Source of the DNA: Opitutus sp. GAS368 | GTDB lineage: Bacteria > Verrucomicrobiota > Verrucomicrobiia > Opitutales > Opitutaceae | Length of the DNA: 29,671 nucleotides | Reading direction: 5' to 3' | Assembly (NCBI GenBank): GCA_945861645.1 | Contig: CAMAVZ010000025.1 | Location: forward strand, 1-29,671 | Shown here: piece after piece, positions 1 to 10,357 of the stretch | How the letters are laid out: every line of letters begins with the position of its first letter | Position numbering within the stretch: position 1 is the stretch's first letter | Notes under the pieces: generated by a model | What the model was told of the DNA's origin: nothing | The model's input: only the letters and a program-made list of their open reading frames with translations | Databases searched by the model: none | Program-made: the position numbers and the translations under genes

Positions 1-114
1 GGTTGGATCTACGGTTTGAAAGACGGCTTGCTGCACGACCTAAAAACTTCGGCGAGCAGTAGTGCCGAACAAGCCGCGGTCTATCCTACTGCCGTAGCCG
101 CGCTGAGCCAATAG
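1..114 (+). CDS. can: Beta-class carbonic anhydrase, C-terminal fragment (5' truncated by the window)
   Basis: Manual translation of frame +1 gives GWIYGLKDGLLHDLKTSASSSAEQAAVYPTAVAALSQ* (TAG 112-114). GWxYGxxDGLLxDL matches the C-terminal motif of Can/YadF-type beta-carbonic anhydrases. Confidence 0.75.
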   Translation, partial: GWIYGLKDGLLHDLKTSASSSAEQAAVYPTAVAALSQ

Positions 115-142
115 TTGGCGCGCGCGGGCGGCGGAGCCAAAC

Positions 143-700
143 TTAGGCCCGACCGAGATAGGAACCGTCTGCGGTACTGACCTTGATCAGCTCCCCCGCC
201 TTGATGAAAAGGGGCACTTGCACCACGAGGCCCGTCTCACAGGTTGCGGGCTTCTGCACGTTGCTGGCGGTATCGCCTTTGATGCCATCCGAACTCTCGG
301 TGATTTTGAGGACGACCGAAGAAGGGATATCGATGGTGACGGGTACTTCGTTGATGAAGAGCACGTCGGCCTTGCCGTTAGCCACGAGGTAATTTTTGGA
401 TTCACCGATCATGACCTCGTTAATTTCAAAAGTCTCAAAGGACTCGGGGTCCATGAAGCAGTAGGTGTCACGGTCGGCGTAGCTAAATTCTAAAGTGCGC
501 CGATCGGTAGAAAGGACATCAACGTGGTCGGGCGAATTGAAACGTTGCTCGAGCGATTTGCCGTAGCGCAGATTGCGCATTTTGACCTGCACGAAAGCCC
601 GCAAATTGCCTGGCGTGCGATGCTGCGTCTCCATGATGAGGTGAGGCTCGCCGTTGAAGGTGATGACTTGGCCTTTGCGGAGGTCGTTAGCTGCGGGCAT
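143..700 (-). CDS. efp: Translation elongation factor P (PGNLR tip variant)
   Basis: 185 aa with ANDLRKG N-terminus, HRTPGNLRAFVQVKMRNL loop, GIKGDTAS..KPATCETG..VQVPLFI and C-terminal G.YLGRA, all EF-P hallmarks. Confidence 0.96.
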   Translation of the reverse strand: MPAANDLRKGQVITFNGEPHLIMETQHRTPGNLRAFVQVKMRNLRYGKSLEQRFNSPDHVDVLSTDRRTLEFSYADRDTYCFMDPESFETFEINEVMIGESKNYLVANGKADVLFINEVPVTIDIPSSVVLKITESSDGIKGDTASNVQKPATCETGLVVQVPLFIKAGELIKVSTADGSYLGRA

Positions 701-913
701 GACGGTTACAGGTAGAGGGTTGACAGGACGTAAGGGGATAGGATTACCGAGGGGTTTTTGGGGATGTCAACAGCCGTCTCGAGCGATTTTTGCGCAGGTA
801 GATTTATCGCGCGAGGGAAATTGAATTGGCCGGTTCGGCCGCGCTGGCCGGTTAAGGCACCATCTCCAAGCTTGTCATTTGCAAGAGGTTTCAAACACTC
901 GCGCCATCTACCC

Positions 914-2245
914 ATGAAGCAGCGCTCACTTCTGCGCGAGGTCTCCATCAAGGGCAATGCCCTGCACACTGGAGACGCCGTGCACATGACATTCAAACCG
1001 GCCCCGATTAATCACGGCATCGTGTTTAAACGCATGGACCTCCACGGCCATCCGGAGCTTAAGCCCCGGATCGATCAAGTCACCGATTTGGTGCGCGCGA
1101 CGACCATTCAGGTTGGTCACGCCAAAATCCATACGGTCGAACACGTGCTGAGCGCCCTGCATGGCTGCGGGATTGATAATTTATTAATCGAGCTCGATGC
1201 CAGTGAGCCCCCAATTATGGACGGCTCGGCGCGGCCGTTTGTGCAATTAATTGAGTCGGGTGAGCCGTTGGAGCAGGACGCGGAACGCGAATATTTTAGC
1301 TTAACGGACACTATTTCGGTCACCCGAGGTAATTCTTCGGTGATCGCGTTGCCTTATGATGGGCTGAAGATTACCTGCACCTCGGCTGACGATCGGGGGA
1401 TTCACACGCAGCATCTCGCCTTGGTCATTGATCCGGATGTCTATACGGCCCAAGTCGCCGCCGCGCGGACTTTTACGATCTATGAAGATATCGAGGAGTT
1501 GATCAAATTAGGAAAAATCAAGGGCGGCAGTCTCGACTGTGCGATCGTGATCAAGGGCGATAAAATTATTTCCAAAGAGCCGCTGCGTTTTGCCGATGAG
1601 TTCGTGCGGCACAAGATCCTCGATATCATTGGCGACATCGTCCTGCTGGGGGTGCCGCTCAAGGCGCATATTGTCGCGACCCGGCCGGGGCATGCCGTGA
1701 ATGCGGAACTAACCAAAATACTTTTTGAGAAATATACCGCTTGGCAGAAGGGTGGTAAAAAAGCGGTTAAGCCGGCGCGGCCCAAGGTCGATATCGCTAC
1801 CGAGACCTCCCTCGATATCCGCCGGATTCTCGACACGCTGCCGCATCGTTATCCTTTTGTGATGCTGGACCGCGTGGTTGAGCTCACGGCGGATACCCTG
1901 ACGGCGATCAAGAATGTCACCATCAATGAGCCGTTTTTTCAGGGCCATTATCCGGGTAATCCCGTGATGCCGGGCGTGCTCATGATTGAAGCCATGGCGC
2001 AAGCCGCGGGGGTTTTAATGGTCCGTCGCTCTAGCTTGGAGGGGAAGACCGCATTATTCATGAGCTGTGATAAGGTCAAATGGCGTAAGCCCGTGCGCCC
2101 GGGTGATCAATTGAGTGTGCAGGTCAAACTAACCAAAGTCCGCGGCAGCATCGCTTGCGCGGAAGGTGAGTGTAGCGTTAACGGCCAGACGGTTTGCTCG
2201 GCTGACTTGATGTTCGCTACCGTTGACAACAGCGATCTCGACTGA
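914..2245 (+). CDS. lpxC-fabZ: Bifunctional UDP-3-O-acyl-GlcNAc deacetylase / 3-hydroxyacyl-ACP dehydratase (LpxC-FabZ fusion)
   Basis: Start reassigned to ATG 914 (MKQRSL..G..LHTG). LpxC motifs [17 protein letters not shown] and [10 protein letters not shown]; FabZ motifs [30 protein letters not shown] and PVRPGDQL. Confidence 0.95.
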   Translation: MKQRSLLREVSIKGNALHTGDAVHMTFKPAPINHGIVFKRMDLHGHPELKPRIDQVTDLVRATTIQVGHAKIHTVEHVLSALHGCGIDNLLIELDASEPPIMDGSARPFVQLIESGEPLEQDAEREYFSLTDTISVTRGNSSVIALPYDGLKITCTSADDRGIHTQHLALVIDPDVYTAQVAAARTFTIYEDIEELIKLGKIKGGSLDCAIVIKGDKIISKEPLRFADEFVRHKILDIIGDIVLLGVPLKAHIVATRPGHAVNAELTKILFEKYTAWQKGGKKAVKPARPKVDIATETSLDIRRILDTLPHRYPFVMLDRVVELTADTLTAIKNVTINEPFFQGHYPGNPVMPGVLMIEAMAQAAGVLMVRRSSLEGKTALFMSCDKVKWRKPVRPGDQLSVQVKLTKVRGSIACAEGECSVNGQTVCSADLMFATVDNSDLD

Positions 2246-2249
2246 GGCC

Positions 2250-3035
2250 ATGGCGCAGCAAATCCACCCCACCGCCATCATTGAGTCCGGCGCGGAGTTG
2301 GCCTCAGATGTCGTCATCGGCGCTTATGCTTACGTCGGCAATAAAGCTATCATCGGGGCTGGCACCGTGCTGCATCATCACGGCAATGTGGAAGGCCGGA
2401 CCACGATCGGTCGTGAGTGCGAAATTTTCCCGTTTGCGTGTGTCGGCACCAAGACGCACGACTTAAAATATAAAGGGGGGGAGCCCGGCTTGATGGTGGG
2501 TGATCGCAATGTCTTTCGCGAATACGTGAGCGTGCATGGGGCGACCGATGAGCAGGACTACACGCGCATCGGCAACGATAACGTCCTGTTGGCCTACAGC
2601 CACGTCGCACACGATTGTATCGTGGGTAATCATCTGGTGATGAGCGCGCAGTCCGCTCTCGCGGGACACGTTATCGTCGAAGATCACGTCAATATCGGCT
2701 GGGGCACCGGCATCCATCAGTTCTGTCGGATCGGCGCGCAAGTCATGCTCGGCGGTATGTCCAAGATCGTGCAAGATGTACCGCCATTCGTCATCGCGGA
2801 TGGCAATCCTGCGGTCGCGCGCTCAATCAATAAGGTCGGGCTAGAGCGCAACGGATTTACGCCCAGCCAGCTCGAGAGTATTAAGCAGATTTTCCGGCTC
2901 GTCTATCGCAGCGGTTATAATCGCGCACAGGCCTTGACTCTCTTGCGCGAACATAAATTAAGTGAAACGGAGGAGTTCAGGATTTTTATCACTTTCGCCA
3001 ATCGCAGTGATCGCGGATTTATCTCCGGTAAATAA
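2250..3035 (+). CDS. lpxA: Acyl-ACP--UDP-N-acetylglucosamine O-acyltransferase
   Basis: Start at ATG 2250 (MAQQIHPTAII). Hexapeptide repeats, DLKYKG, HVAHDC, LAGHV, HQFCRIG, QDVPPF and INKVGLERNGF; follows lpxC-fabZ. Confidence 0.96.
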   Translation: MAQQIHPTAIIESGAELASDVVIGAYAYVGNKAIIGAGTVLHHHGNVEGRTTIGRECEIFPFACVGTKTHDLKYKGGEPGLMVGDRNVFREYVSVHGATDEQDYTRIGNDNVLLAYSHVAHDCIVGNHLVMSAQSALAGHVIVEDHVNIGWGTGIHQFCRIGAQVMLGGMSKIVQDVPPFVIADGNPAVARSINKVGLERNGFTPSQLESIKQIFRLVYRSGYNRAQALTLLREHKLSETEEFRIFITFANRSDRGFISGK

Positions 3036-3217
3036 ATTCGCGAGGGGGCGCGGAGTCAGAGCTCGGCTGAGATTGGCGGTCCGCCGGCGTTTGCTCGCGC
3101 GAGCTTAACCTTAATTGCGCCGTAGTAGTGGCAGCAAAAAAACTGGATCGGGCCAAGGCTGATCAACCGCGAAGGACACGAAGTGCCGCGAAGGGGTTCG
3201 AGTTTAAGCCTGACAAC

Positions 3218-3247
3218 TAACCCCTCGGTGTTCCCCTCGAGGGGTTA
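3218..3247. terminator. Stem-loop between convergent lpxA and DUF971 genes (probable terminator)
   Basis: Perfect 10-bp inverted repeat TAACCCCTCG (3218-3227) / CGAGGGGTTA (3238-3247), 3 nt past the DUF971 stop. The U-tract is weak. Confidence 0.5.
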
Positions 3248-3250
3248 AGC

Positions 3251-3556
3251 TTAAGCCGTGGCGGCGCCTAGTTGGCGGAGGAGATCGTAGCTGTAAAGTC
3301 CGGTGCGATGACCATCGCTGAATTCGAAGCGGATCGCGTAATTGCCGATGCGTTCCCAATCCGTGGCTTCAACGCCGACATAGTTTTGGGGAGCTTCGCC
3401 GCCATAGTGATGGCCGAAGATATCGCGTTCGCCGCGGGTTTGCGCGCTGGGGGAGTTCGCGCGTAGCGTGGCCATGGAAATAAAGCTTTCGGCGCCATCC
3501 ACCCAGCGGATAGCGACTTCTGAACCGATTAGTTGAATGTCCACCGGCGTGTGCAT
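3251..3556 (-). CDS. DUF971 / gamma-butyrobetaine-hydroxylase-like N-terminal domain protein
   Basis: 101 aa from ATG 3556 with IRWVDG..S, LRANSPSA and IGNYAIRFEFSDGHRTGLYSYDLL. The longer ORF-track start overlaps the tRNA and is rejected. Confidence 0.85.
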   Translation of the reverse strand: MHTPVDIQLIGSEVAIRWVDGAESFISMATLRANSPSAQTRGERDIFGHHYGGEAPQNYVGVEATDWERIGNYAIRFEFSDGHRTGLYSYDLLRQLGAATA

Positions 3557-3729
3557 GGCGCATGCTATTGGGCAAGGAGAGGACGAAGTGAAGCCTGGAA
3601 AATTAAGCCCACGATGGGGGTGGCAATGGCCCGGCCATTCGCACGGGTGCGGCAGGAATATTTTGTTTGCTACCCCTTGGTGGATGCGGTGTCTTGACCG
3701 TCCATTTCCGGAAGGCCGGAGCCAATCAT

Positions 3730-3806
3730 CGGGGCGTAGCTTAGCCTGGTAGAGCGCTTGCTTCGGGAGCAAGAGGTCGCGAGTTCGAATCTCGCCGCCC
3801 CGACCA
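3730..3806 (+). tRNA. tRNA-Pro, anticodon CGG, CCA encoded
   Basis: CGGGGCG/CGCCCCG acceptor stem, D arm with TAGCCTGGTA, anticodon stem CTTGC/GCAAG with loop TT-CGG-GA, T loop GTTCGAAT, 3' end ACCA; 77 nt. Confidence 0.97.
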
Positions 3807-4096
3807 TTGGATCCCCTCCGCAGACCGCGGAGAGCTATGGGGGCGCGTAGATTTTATCGCTTAGGTGCGGTTGCGTGGGATCAAAATTAATCGTCCCGCC
3901 GCGATCGTTAGGCGCGGCGTAGGCTTATGACAGAATTTGTCGGCCGCGCCGAAGTGGCCCGATTCACTCTAATGTTTTGGTCGCCGTTAATTATTTTTTG
4001 GGCTGAGCCAAAAACAGGGTTGCCAGCATGGAATAACCGGCGCGTTAATCGGCATCCTACGCGAGGGAATGAGCTGGTCAAAATCAGTTCCACGGG

Positions 4097-4112
4097 TGGC
4101 ACAATCCTAGCT
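4097..4112 (+). promoter_or_regulatory. Putative sigma54 (-24/-12) promoter of gltBD
   Basis: TGGCAC-AATCC-TAGCT versus consensus TGGCAC-N5-TTGC(A/T). GG-to-GC spacing is exact; 29 nt lie between it and the gltB GTG. Confidence 0.6.
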
Positions 4113-4141
4113 AAACCAACTCATCCTACGTTAAACCCACG

Positions 4142-7100
4142 GTGAACAATTCTTTCAGTCCAGTTCGTCCTCTTGCCCCCGCCCCTGCGCCGGAAGCTGT
4201 GGCGGCCGTGGCGCCTGTTAAACAGGGCCTGTACGATCCGTGGTTTGAGCATGATGCTTGTGGGGTAGGTTTTGTGGTCGATATGAAGGGCCGCAAAACC
4301 CACCAGACGTTGCGCCATGCGTTGCAGGTATTGATCAATCTCGATCATCGCGGGGCGAGTGGCAGCGAGATCAATACGGGTGACGGCGCCGGTGTTTTGT
4401 TGCAGATGCCGCATCGTTTCTTGGTCGAAGCTTGTAAATTGACCCGCATCACTTTGCCGGCCGCTGGCGAGTACGGCTGCGGGCTCGTCTATCTGCCGCG
4501 TAATCCGGCGGTCCGGCGGAAGCTCGAGGAAAAGTTCGAACAAGTCGTGCAATCCGAAGGCCAAATTTTCTTGGGCTGGCGTACGGTGCCCACCAGTAGC
4601 GCCGCGTTGGGTGATACCGCGTTAGCGTGCGAGCCGTTCATGCGCCAAGTATTTATCGGGCGCGGCGCGGGGGTGACGGATGATTTAACTTTCGAGCGTA
4701 AACTCTACATTATCCGCAAGCGGGCTTATTCCGATATTCGCACCTCCACGGCGGCGGGCTCAGAGCTGTGGTATATCGCCAGCCTGTCGATGAAGACCCT
4801 CATCTATAAGGGGATGTTGCTCACGACACAGTTGGCGGATTATTTTCCTGACCTCGCCAATCCGGCGATGGAGACGGCCCTCGCCATCGTCCACTCGCGC
4901 TTCAGTACGAACACTTTTCCGAGCTGGGAGCGGGCGCATCCTTATCGCTACATCGCACACAACGGCGAAATCAATACGCTGCGCGGTAATATTAATTGGA
5001 TGCACGCTCGCCAAGCGCTCTTCGAGTGCGAGGCGTTCGGGGATGATATCAAAAAAATCCTGCCGATCATTAATCCGCATGGCAGCGATTCGTCGATGTT
5101 CGACAACACGCTCGAGCTACTCGTGCTCGCGGGGCGGCCGTTGGCGCATGCGATGATGATGATGATTCCGGAGCCTTGGTCCAACCATGAGACCATGGCC
5201 GATGATCGTCGGGCTTTTTATCAATACCACTCTTGCCTCATGGAGCCATGGGATGGGCCCGCGGCGATCGCTTTCACCGATGGCAAACAGATCGGCGCCA
5301 TCTTGGACCGCAATGGGCTGCGGCCTTCGCGTTTCTATGTGACCAAGGACGGTCTCGTGGTGGTCGCTTCAGAAGCGGGCGTGCTTGATTTTCCCGCGGC
5401 CGATATCGTGCAAAAAGGCCGCATTCAACCGGGTCGCATGTTTCTCGTCGATACGGAGCAAGGGCGGATTATTGAGGACGAAGAGATTAAAAATGAGATC
5501 TGCAATGCACGCCCCTACCGTCAGTGGCTCGATGCGCATCTGGTCCATCTCAGTGATTTACCGGAGGCCCCGACTGTGGAGCAACCGGACCACGAGACGC
5601 TGCTGCAGCGGCAAATTGCTTTCGGTTATACGAATGAGGATGAGCGCATCATCATCGCGCCGATGGCCAAAGATGGCATCGAGGCCATCGGTTCCATGGG
5701 CAATGATTCGGCGCTCGCGGTGCTCTCCAATAAACCGCGACTCCTGTACGATTATTTTAAGCAACTTTTCGCGCAGGTCACCAATCCGCCGATCGATTGT
5801 ATCCGTGAAGAAATTATCACCTCGGCTGAGACTCGCTTGGGCTCTGAGGGCAATCTCCTCAATCCACAGCCAACCGCTTGCCGGCGGGTGGAGTTGAAGT
5901 GGCCGATTCTGGCGAATGAAGAATTTGCAAAGATTCGCCGGACCGATTTGCCCGGCTTAAAAATGGGCGTCCTCCCGATTCTTTTCCGCACAGCGCGCGG
6001 CGAAAAGGGCCTGGCGAAGTCGATGGAAGAACTATTCATCATGTCGCGGCGCATGATCGAGGAAGATGAGGTCAACGTGCTCATCCTCAGCGATCGAGGT
6101 GTTACTCGTGATTTTGCGCCGATCCCCGCGCTGATCGCAGTGGCTGGTCTACACCATTATCTGATTCGCGAGGGTCTGCGCACGCGGGTGTCGCTGATTA
6201 TCGAAACGGGTGAGGCGCGTGAGGTGCACCACTTTGCTCTGCTCATCGGTTACGGAGCGAGCGCGATCAATCCTTACGTGGCCTTTGAGACCATTGATGA
6301 TATGATTCGCGAAGGCGTGCTAACGGGCATTGACCACAAGACCGCCTGTAAGAATTTCGTTAAAGCGGGCTCGAAGGGTGTGATTAAGGTCATGTCCAAG
6401 ATGGGGATCTCGGCGATTCAGAGTTATCGGGGCGCGCAAGTCTTCGAGGCGCTGGGTATCCGCCAGGATGTGATCGATCACTATTTTACTTGGACCTCTT
6501 CACGGGTGGGTGGCATCGGACTAGATGTGATCGCGCAGGAAGTGTTGATGCGGCATCATGCGGCTTACCCCGATCGCCGGGTGGATGGCCATGTGTTGCC
6601 CTCGGGCGGACTTTATCAATGGCGCAACGACGGGGAGGGCCATCTCTTCACGCCCGAATCGATTCACGCCCTACAGAAATCAGTCCGCACCGGCAATCTC
6701 GCCGTGTTCCGCCAATACTCCAAATTAGTTAACGAGCAGGCCCGCCAGCTTTGCACTTTGCGTAGTTTACTCGATTTCAAGACGAGTATTCCGGTGCCGC
6801 TCGAAGAAGTGGAGCCGATCGAAGCCATCATGAAGCGCTTCAAAACGGGGGCGATGTCTTACGGCTCCATTTCGAGTGAAGCGCATGAAACTCTCGCCAT
6901 CGCGATGAATCGGATCGGCGGTAAATCCAATACGGGCGAAGGCGGCGAGGATGCCGATCGCTTTAAGCCGATGGCCAACGGCGATTCTAAAAACTCCGCC
7001 ATCAAGCAAGTGGCCTCCGGTCGTTTCGGCGTCACGAGTGAATACCTTGTGGCGGCCCAAGAATTGCAGATTAAAATGGCCCAAGGAGCCAAGCCCGGTG

Positions 7101-8794
7101 AGGGCGGTCAATTGCCGGGAAGTAAAGTGTATCCTTGGGTGGCCAAGACTCGTCACACGACGGCCGGCGTCGGGCTCATTTCGCCTCCACCGCATCATGA
7201 TATTTACTCGATCGAAGATCTGGCGGAGCTGATTCATGATTTAAAAAATGGCAATCGGCACGCGCGGATCAGCGTAAAGCTCGTTTCTGAAGTCGGCGTC
7301 GGCACCATCGCGGCCGGCGTGGCGAAGGCTCATGCCGACGTGGTTTTAATCTCTGGCTACGACGGCGGCACCGGCGCTTCGCCCCAAACTTCGATTCAAC
7401 ATGCCGGCCTGCCCTGGGAATTGGGCTTAGCGGAAACGCACCAAACGCTTGTGCTGAATAATCTCCGCTCGCGCATCGCGGTGGAGACGGATGGTCAACT
7501 CAAGACCGGGCGCGATGTGATGATCGCCGCATTGCTGGGCGCAGAAGAATTTGGTTTTGCGACTGGGCCGCTCGTCGCGACCGGTTGCATTATGATGCGG
7601 GTTTGCCACCTGAATACCTGCCCGGCTGGCATCGCCACGCAAGACCCGCGGTTGCGCGCTAAGTTTACCGGTAAGCCAGAGCAGGTGGTGAATTTCATGA
7701 CGTTTATTGCTCAGGAGCTGCGTGAGCTCATGGCGCAAATGGGCTTCCGCACGATCGAGGAAATGGTGGGACGCACCGATCGTCTCGAGCCCAGAAAGGC
7801 GATCACTCACTGGAAGGCCAAGGGACTGGATTTCTCAAAAATCCTTTACCAACCCGATGTGGGGCCTGAGGTCGGTCGTTTTTGCTCGATCAAGCAAGAT
7901 CATGGGATCGCTCAATCGCTTGATATCACCACGCTGCTCGAGCTGTGCGCCCCCGCCATTGAGCGCCGCGAAAAAGTTGTCGCCGAGCTGCCAATTCGCA
8001 ACGTCAACCGCGTTGTCGGAACCATCACAAGCTATGAAGTCACCAAGAAACATGGTGCCGCGGGCCTGCCGGAGGATACCATTCGCATTCTTTTCAAGGG
8101 TTCCGCGGGGCAAAGTTTTGGCGCCTTCATGACGAAGGGCCTGACCTTTTCGATCGAGGGCGATGCGAACGATTATGTCGGTAAAGGCCTGTCAGGTGGG
8201 AAAATTATTATTTATCCGCCGCGGGATGCGACGTTTAAGTCCGAGGACAATATTATCATCGGCAATGTGGCGCTCTATGGCGCGACGGGCGGCGAGCTTT
8301 ATCTCCGCGGTCGCGCGGGCGAACGTTTTGCGGTGCGCAACTCCGGCGTCGATGCGGTGGTGGAAGGGGTCGGTGACCATGCGTGCGAATACATGACGGG
8401 GGGGCGGGTCGTCGTCCTCGGTCTCACGGGTCGCAATTTTGCGGCCGGCATGTCGGGCGGTACCGCCTATGTGTTCGACGAGGCGGGCGACTTCGCCTCG
8501 CGCGCTAATGTGCAGATGGTGGGGCTGGAAAAGCTTGAGACAAAAGCTGAAATCGCCGCACTCCGCCTGCTCATTGAGCAGCATTATAATTATACAAAGA
8601 GTCCATGCGCGCAGCAAATTTTGAGCAACTGGGCTGCCGCGGTACCGAAATTCGTCAAGGTGCTGCCTAAGGATTACAAGCGCATGCTGGCCTGCATTGA
8701 TAAGGCGCAGGCGCAGGGCTTAACCGGTGACGAAGCCATCATGGCGGCCTTTGAGGAAAATGCTCGCGACACCTCGCGGGTCGGCGGCAACTAA
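4142..8794 (+). CDS. gltB: Glutamate synthase large subunit
   Basis: 1550 aa. EHDA^CGVGF processing site (catalytic Cys at 4259), [48 protein letters not shown] 3Fe-4S motif and GXGXG C-terminal domain. The GTG start position is less certain. Confidence 0.98.
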   Translation: MNNSFSPVRPLAPAPAPEAVAAVAPVKQGLYDPWFEHDACGVGFVVDMKGRKTHQTLRHALQVLINLDHRGASGSEINTGDGAGVLLQMPHRFLVEACKLTRITLPAAGEYGCGLVYLPRNPAVRRKLEEKFEQVVQSEGQIFLGWRTVPTSSAALGDTALACEPFMRQVFIGRGAGVTDDLTFERKLYIIRKRAYSDIRTSTAAGSELWYIASLSMKTLIYKGMLLTTQLADYFPDLANPAMETALAIVHSRFSTNTFPSWERAHPYRYIAHNGEINTLRGNINWMHARQALFECEAFGDDIKKILPIINPHGSDSSMFDNTLELLVLAGRPLAHAMMMMIPEPWSNHETMADDRRAFYQYHSCLMEPWDGPAAIAFTDGKQIGAILDRNGLRPSRFYVTKDGLVVVASEAGVLDFPAADIVQKGRIQPGRMFLVDTEQGRIIEDEEIKNEICNARPYRQWLDAHLVHLSDLPEAPTVEQPDHETLLQRQIAFGYTNEDERIIIAPMAKDGIEAIGSMGNDSALAVLSNKPRLLYDYFKQLFAQVTNPPIDCIREEIITSAETRLGSEGNLLNPQPTACRRVELKWPILANEEFAKIRRTDLPGLKMGVLPILFRTARGEKGLAKSMEELFIMSRRMIEEDEVNVLILSDRGVTRDFAPIPALIAVAGLHHYLIREGLRTRVSLIIETGEAREVHHFALLIGYGASAINPYVAFETIDDMIREGVLTGIDHKTACKNFVKAGSKGVIKVMSKMGISAIQSYRGAQVFEALGIRQDVIDHYFTWTSSRVGGIGLDVIAQEVLMRHHAAYPDRRVDGHVLPSGGLYQWRNDGEGHLFTPESIHALQKSVRTGNLAVFRQYSKLVNEQARQLCTLRSLLDFKTSIPVPLEEVEPIEAIMKRFKTGAMSYGSISSEAHETLAIAMNRIGGKSNTGEGGEDADRFKPMANGDSKNSAIKQVASGRFGVTSEYLVAAQELQIKMAQGAKPGEGGQLPGSKVYPWVAKTRHTTAGVGLISPPPHHDIYSIEDLAELIHDLKNGNRHARISVKLVSEVGVGTIAAGVAKAHADVVLISGYDGGTGASPQTSIQHAGLPWELGLAETHQTLVLNNLRSRIAVETDGQLKTGRDVMIAALLGAEEFGFATGPLVATGCIMMRVCHLNTCPAGIATQDPRLRAKFTGKPEQVVNFMTFIAQELRELMAQMGFRTIEEMVGRTDRLEPRKAITHWKAKGLDFSKILYQPDVGPEVGRFCSIKQDHGIAQSLDITTLLELCAPAIERREKVVAELPIRNVNRVVGTITSYEVTKKHGAAGLPEDTIRILFKGSAGQSFGAFMTKGLTFSIEGDANDYVGKGLSGGKIIIYPPRDATFKSEDNIIIGNVALYGATGGELYLRGRAGERFAVRNSGVDAVVEGVGDHACEYMTGGRVVVLGLTGRNFAAGMSGGTAYVFDEAGDFASRANVQMVGLEKLETKAEIAALRLLIEQHYNYTKSPCAQQILSNWAAAVPKFVKVLPKDYKRMLACIDKAQAQGLTGDEAIMAAFEENARDTSRVGGN

Positions 8795-8840
8795 GTCGCC
8801 GTGGCTTAAAACTCTCACCCACCCCTTAGACCTTTCCGCC

Positions 8841-10322
8841 ATGGGCAAACCTACCGGCTTCATCGAATACCTCCGCGAGATTCCCGTCGACCGTGCGCCG
8901 CTGGAGCGCGTGCACGATTACAAAGAATTTCACCATCACATGGAGGAGAAGAAGCTCCGTAACCAAGGCGCGCGTTGCATGAATTGCGGCGTACCGTTCT
9001 GCCATACGGGTAAGCTTATCAGTGGCATGGCGGCCGGTTGTCCGATCAATAATCTGATCCCCGAGTGGAATGATCTCGTCTACCGTAGTCAGTGGAAAGA
9101 AGCCCTCAATCGGCTGCATAAAACAAATAATTTTCCCGAGTTTACCGGCCGCGTTTGTCCCGCCCCTTGCGAGGGATCGTGTGTGCTCGGCATCAACGAG
9201 CCGGCCGTCACAATTAAGAATATTGAAGCGGCGATCACGGATCGCGGCTGGGATGAGGGCTGGGTAATTCCAACGGCTCCCGCGGTGCGCACGGGCAAAA
9301 AAGTCGCCATTATTGGCTCGGGTCCGGCTGGACTTTCGGCCGCCGCGCAACTCAATTTAGCTGGTCATACCGTCACGGTCTTTGAACGCGCTGATCGTCC
9401 CGGTGGCCTCCTCATGTATGGTATTCCCAACATGAAACTCGATAAGCAGGCGGTCGTTCTGCGGCGCATCCAGCACATGGAGCGCGAAGGGATTAAATTT
9501 ATTTGTAATGCCAACGTCGGAGAAAATGTTGAGCCGCAGGTTTTCCTAAAAGAATACGATGCCACCGTGATCTGCACGGGCGCCACGCTGCCGCGCGACT
9601 TGCCCATCGAGGGCCGGAATTTGACCGGGGTTCATTTCGCCATGGAGTTTCTCACGGCGAATACCAAGGCCGTGCTCGGTCAAAAAGAGCCTAGTCCTAT
9701 TCTGGGTACGGGGAAGGATATCGTCGTGATTGGTGGTGGCGATACCGGTACTGACTGCGTCGGTACGTCCATGCGCCATGGATGCAAAAGTCTATTGCAA
9801 ATCGAAATCCTCCCGAAGCCGCCGCTGGAGCGTGCCGCGGACAATCCGTGGCCGGAGTGGCCGAAGACCTATAAAATGGATTACGGCCAAGAAGAAGCGG
9901 CCGCTAAATTCGGCGCAGATCCTCGAATCTATCAGACGACCGTAAAAAAATTTATCGGCGATGCCCAAGGCAAGTTAAAGGAACTCGTGACGGTAGAAAT
10001 TAAATGGGAGAAAAATGACAAGGGCCAGTTTGTGCCTCAGGAGCAGTCTGGCACCGAGAAAACACGGCCGGCTCAACTTGTATTATTGGCGATGGGTTTT
10101 CTCGGGCCCGAGCAGGCTTTATTAAAAGAGATTAACGTCGAAACCGACGCGCGCTCTAACATTAAGGCTGAACACGAAAAGTATACGACGAGCCTCAAGA
10201 GCGTTTTTGCCGCCGGCGATTGTCGGCGCGGGCAAAGTTTAGTCGTCTGGGCGATCAACGAAGGTCGCGGCGCGGCCCGCGAATGCGATCGTTACCTGAT
10301 GGGCACGACGGATCTGCCGTAA
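8841..10322 (+). CDS. gltD: Glutamate synthase small subunit (NAD(P)H-dependent)
   Basis: Start at ATG 8841 (MGKPTGF). [42 protein letters not shown] and [17 protein letters not shown] motifs. Confidence 0.97.
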   Translation: MGKPTGFIEYLREIPVDRAPLERVHDYKEFHHHMEEKKLRNQGARCMNCGVPFCHTGKLISGMAAGCPINNLIPEWNDLVYRSQWKEALNRLHKTNNFPEFTGRVCPAPCEGSCVLGINEPAVTIKNIEAAITDRGWDEGWVIPTAPAVRTGKKVAIIGSGPAGLSAAAQLNLAGHTVTVFERADRPGGLLMYGIPNMKLDKQAVVLRRIQHMEREGIKFICNANVGENVEPQVFLKEYDATVICTGATLPRDLPIEGRNLTGVHFAMEFLTANTKAVLGQKEPSPILGTGKDIVVIGGGDTGTDCVGTSMRHGCKSLLQIEILPKPPLERAADNPWPEWPKTYKMDYGQEEAAAKFGADPRIYQTTVKKFIGDAQGKLKELVTVEIKWEKNDKGQFVPQEQSGTEKTRPAQLVLLAMGFLGPEQALLKEINVETDARSNIKAEHEKYTTSLKSVFAAGDCRRGQSLVVWAINEGRGAARECDRYLMGTTDLP

Positions 10323-10357
10323 AGCGCGGTGTGCGCTGCTCAGTCAGTTCGAGATTT

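Noticed and set aside
758..913. ORF-track N-terminal extensions of lpxC (likewise lpxA, DUF971, gltD, proB and thrA)
   Set aside because: The extensions precede the family-typical N-termini and mostly overlap neighbouring genes, the tRNA or promoter regions.
914..2245. LpxC-FabZ fusion as a novelty
   Set aside because: A well-known arrangement in Bacteroidetes, Chlorobi and Verrucomicrobia.
3780..3850. tRNA-Pro 3' end as an integration site for an island
   Set aside because: No integrase, no duplicated tRNA 3' end seen elsewhere in the window, and the downstream genes are core metabolism.
10323..10357. Terminator between convergent gltD and the TonB receptor
   Set aside because: Only a 5-6 bp hairpin (AGCGCG/TGCGCT) without an adjacent U-tract; insufficient support.
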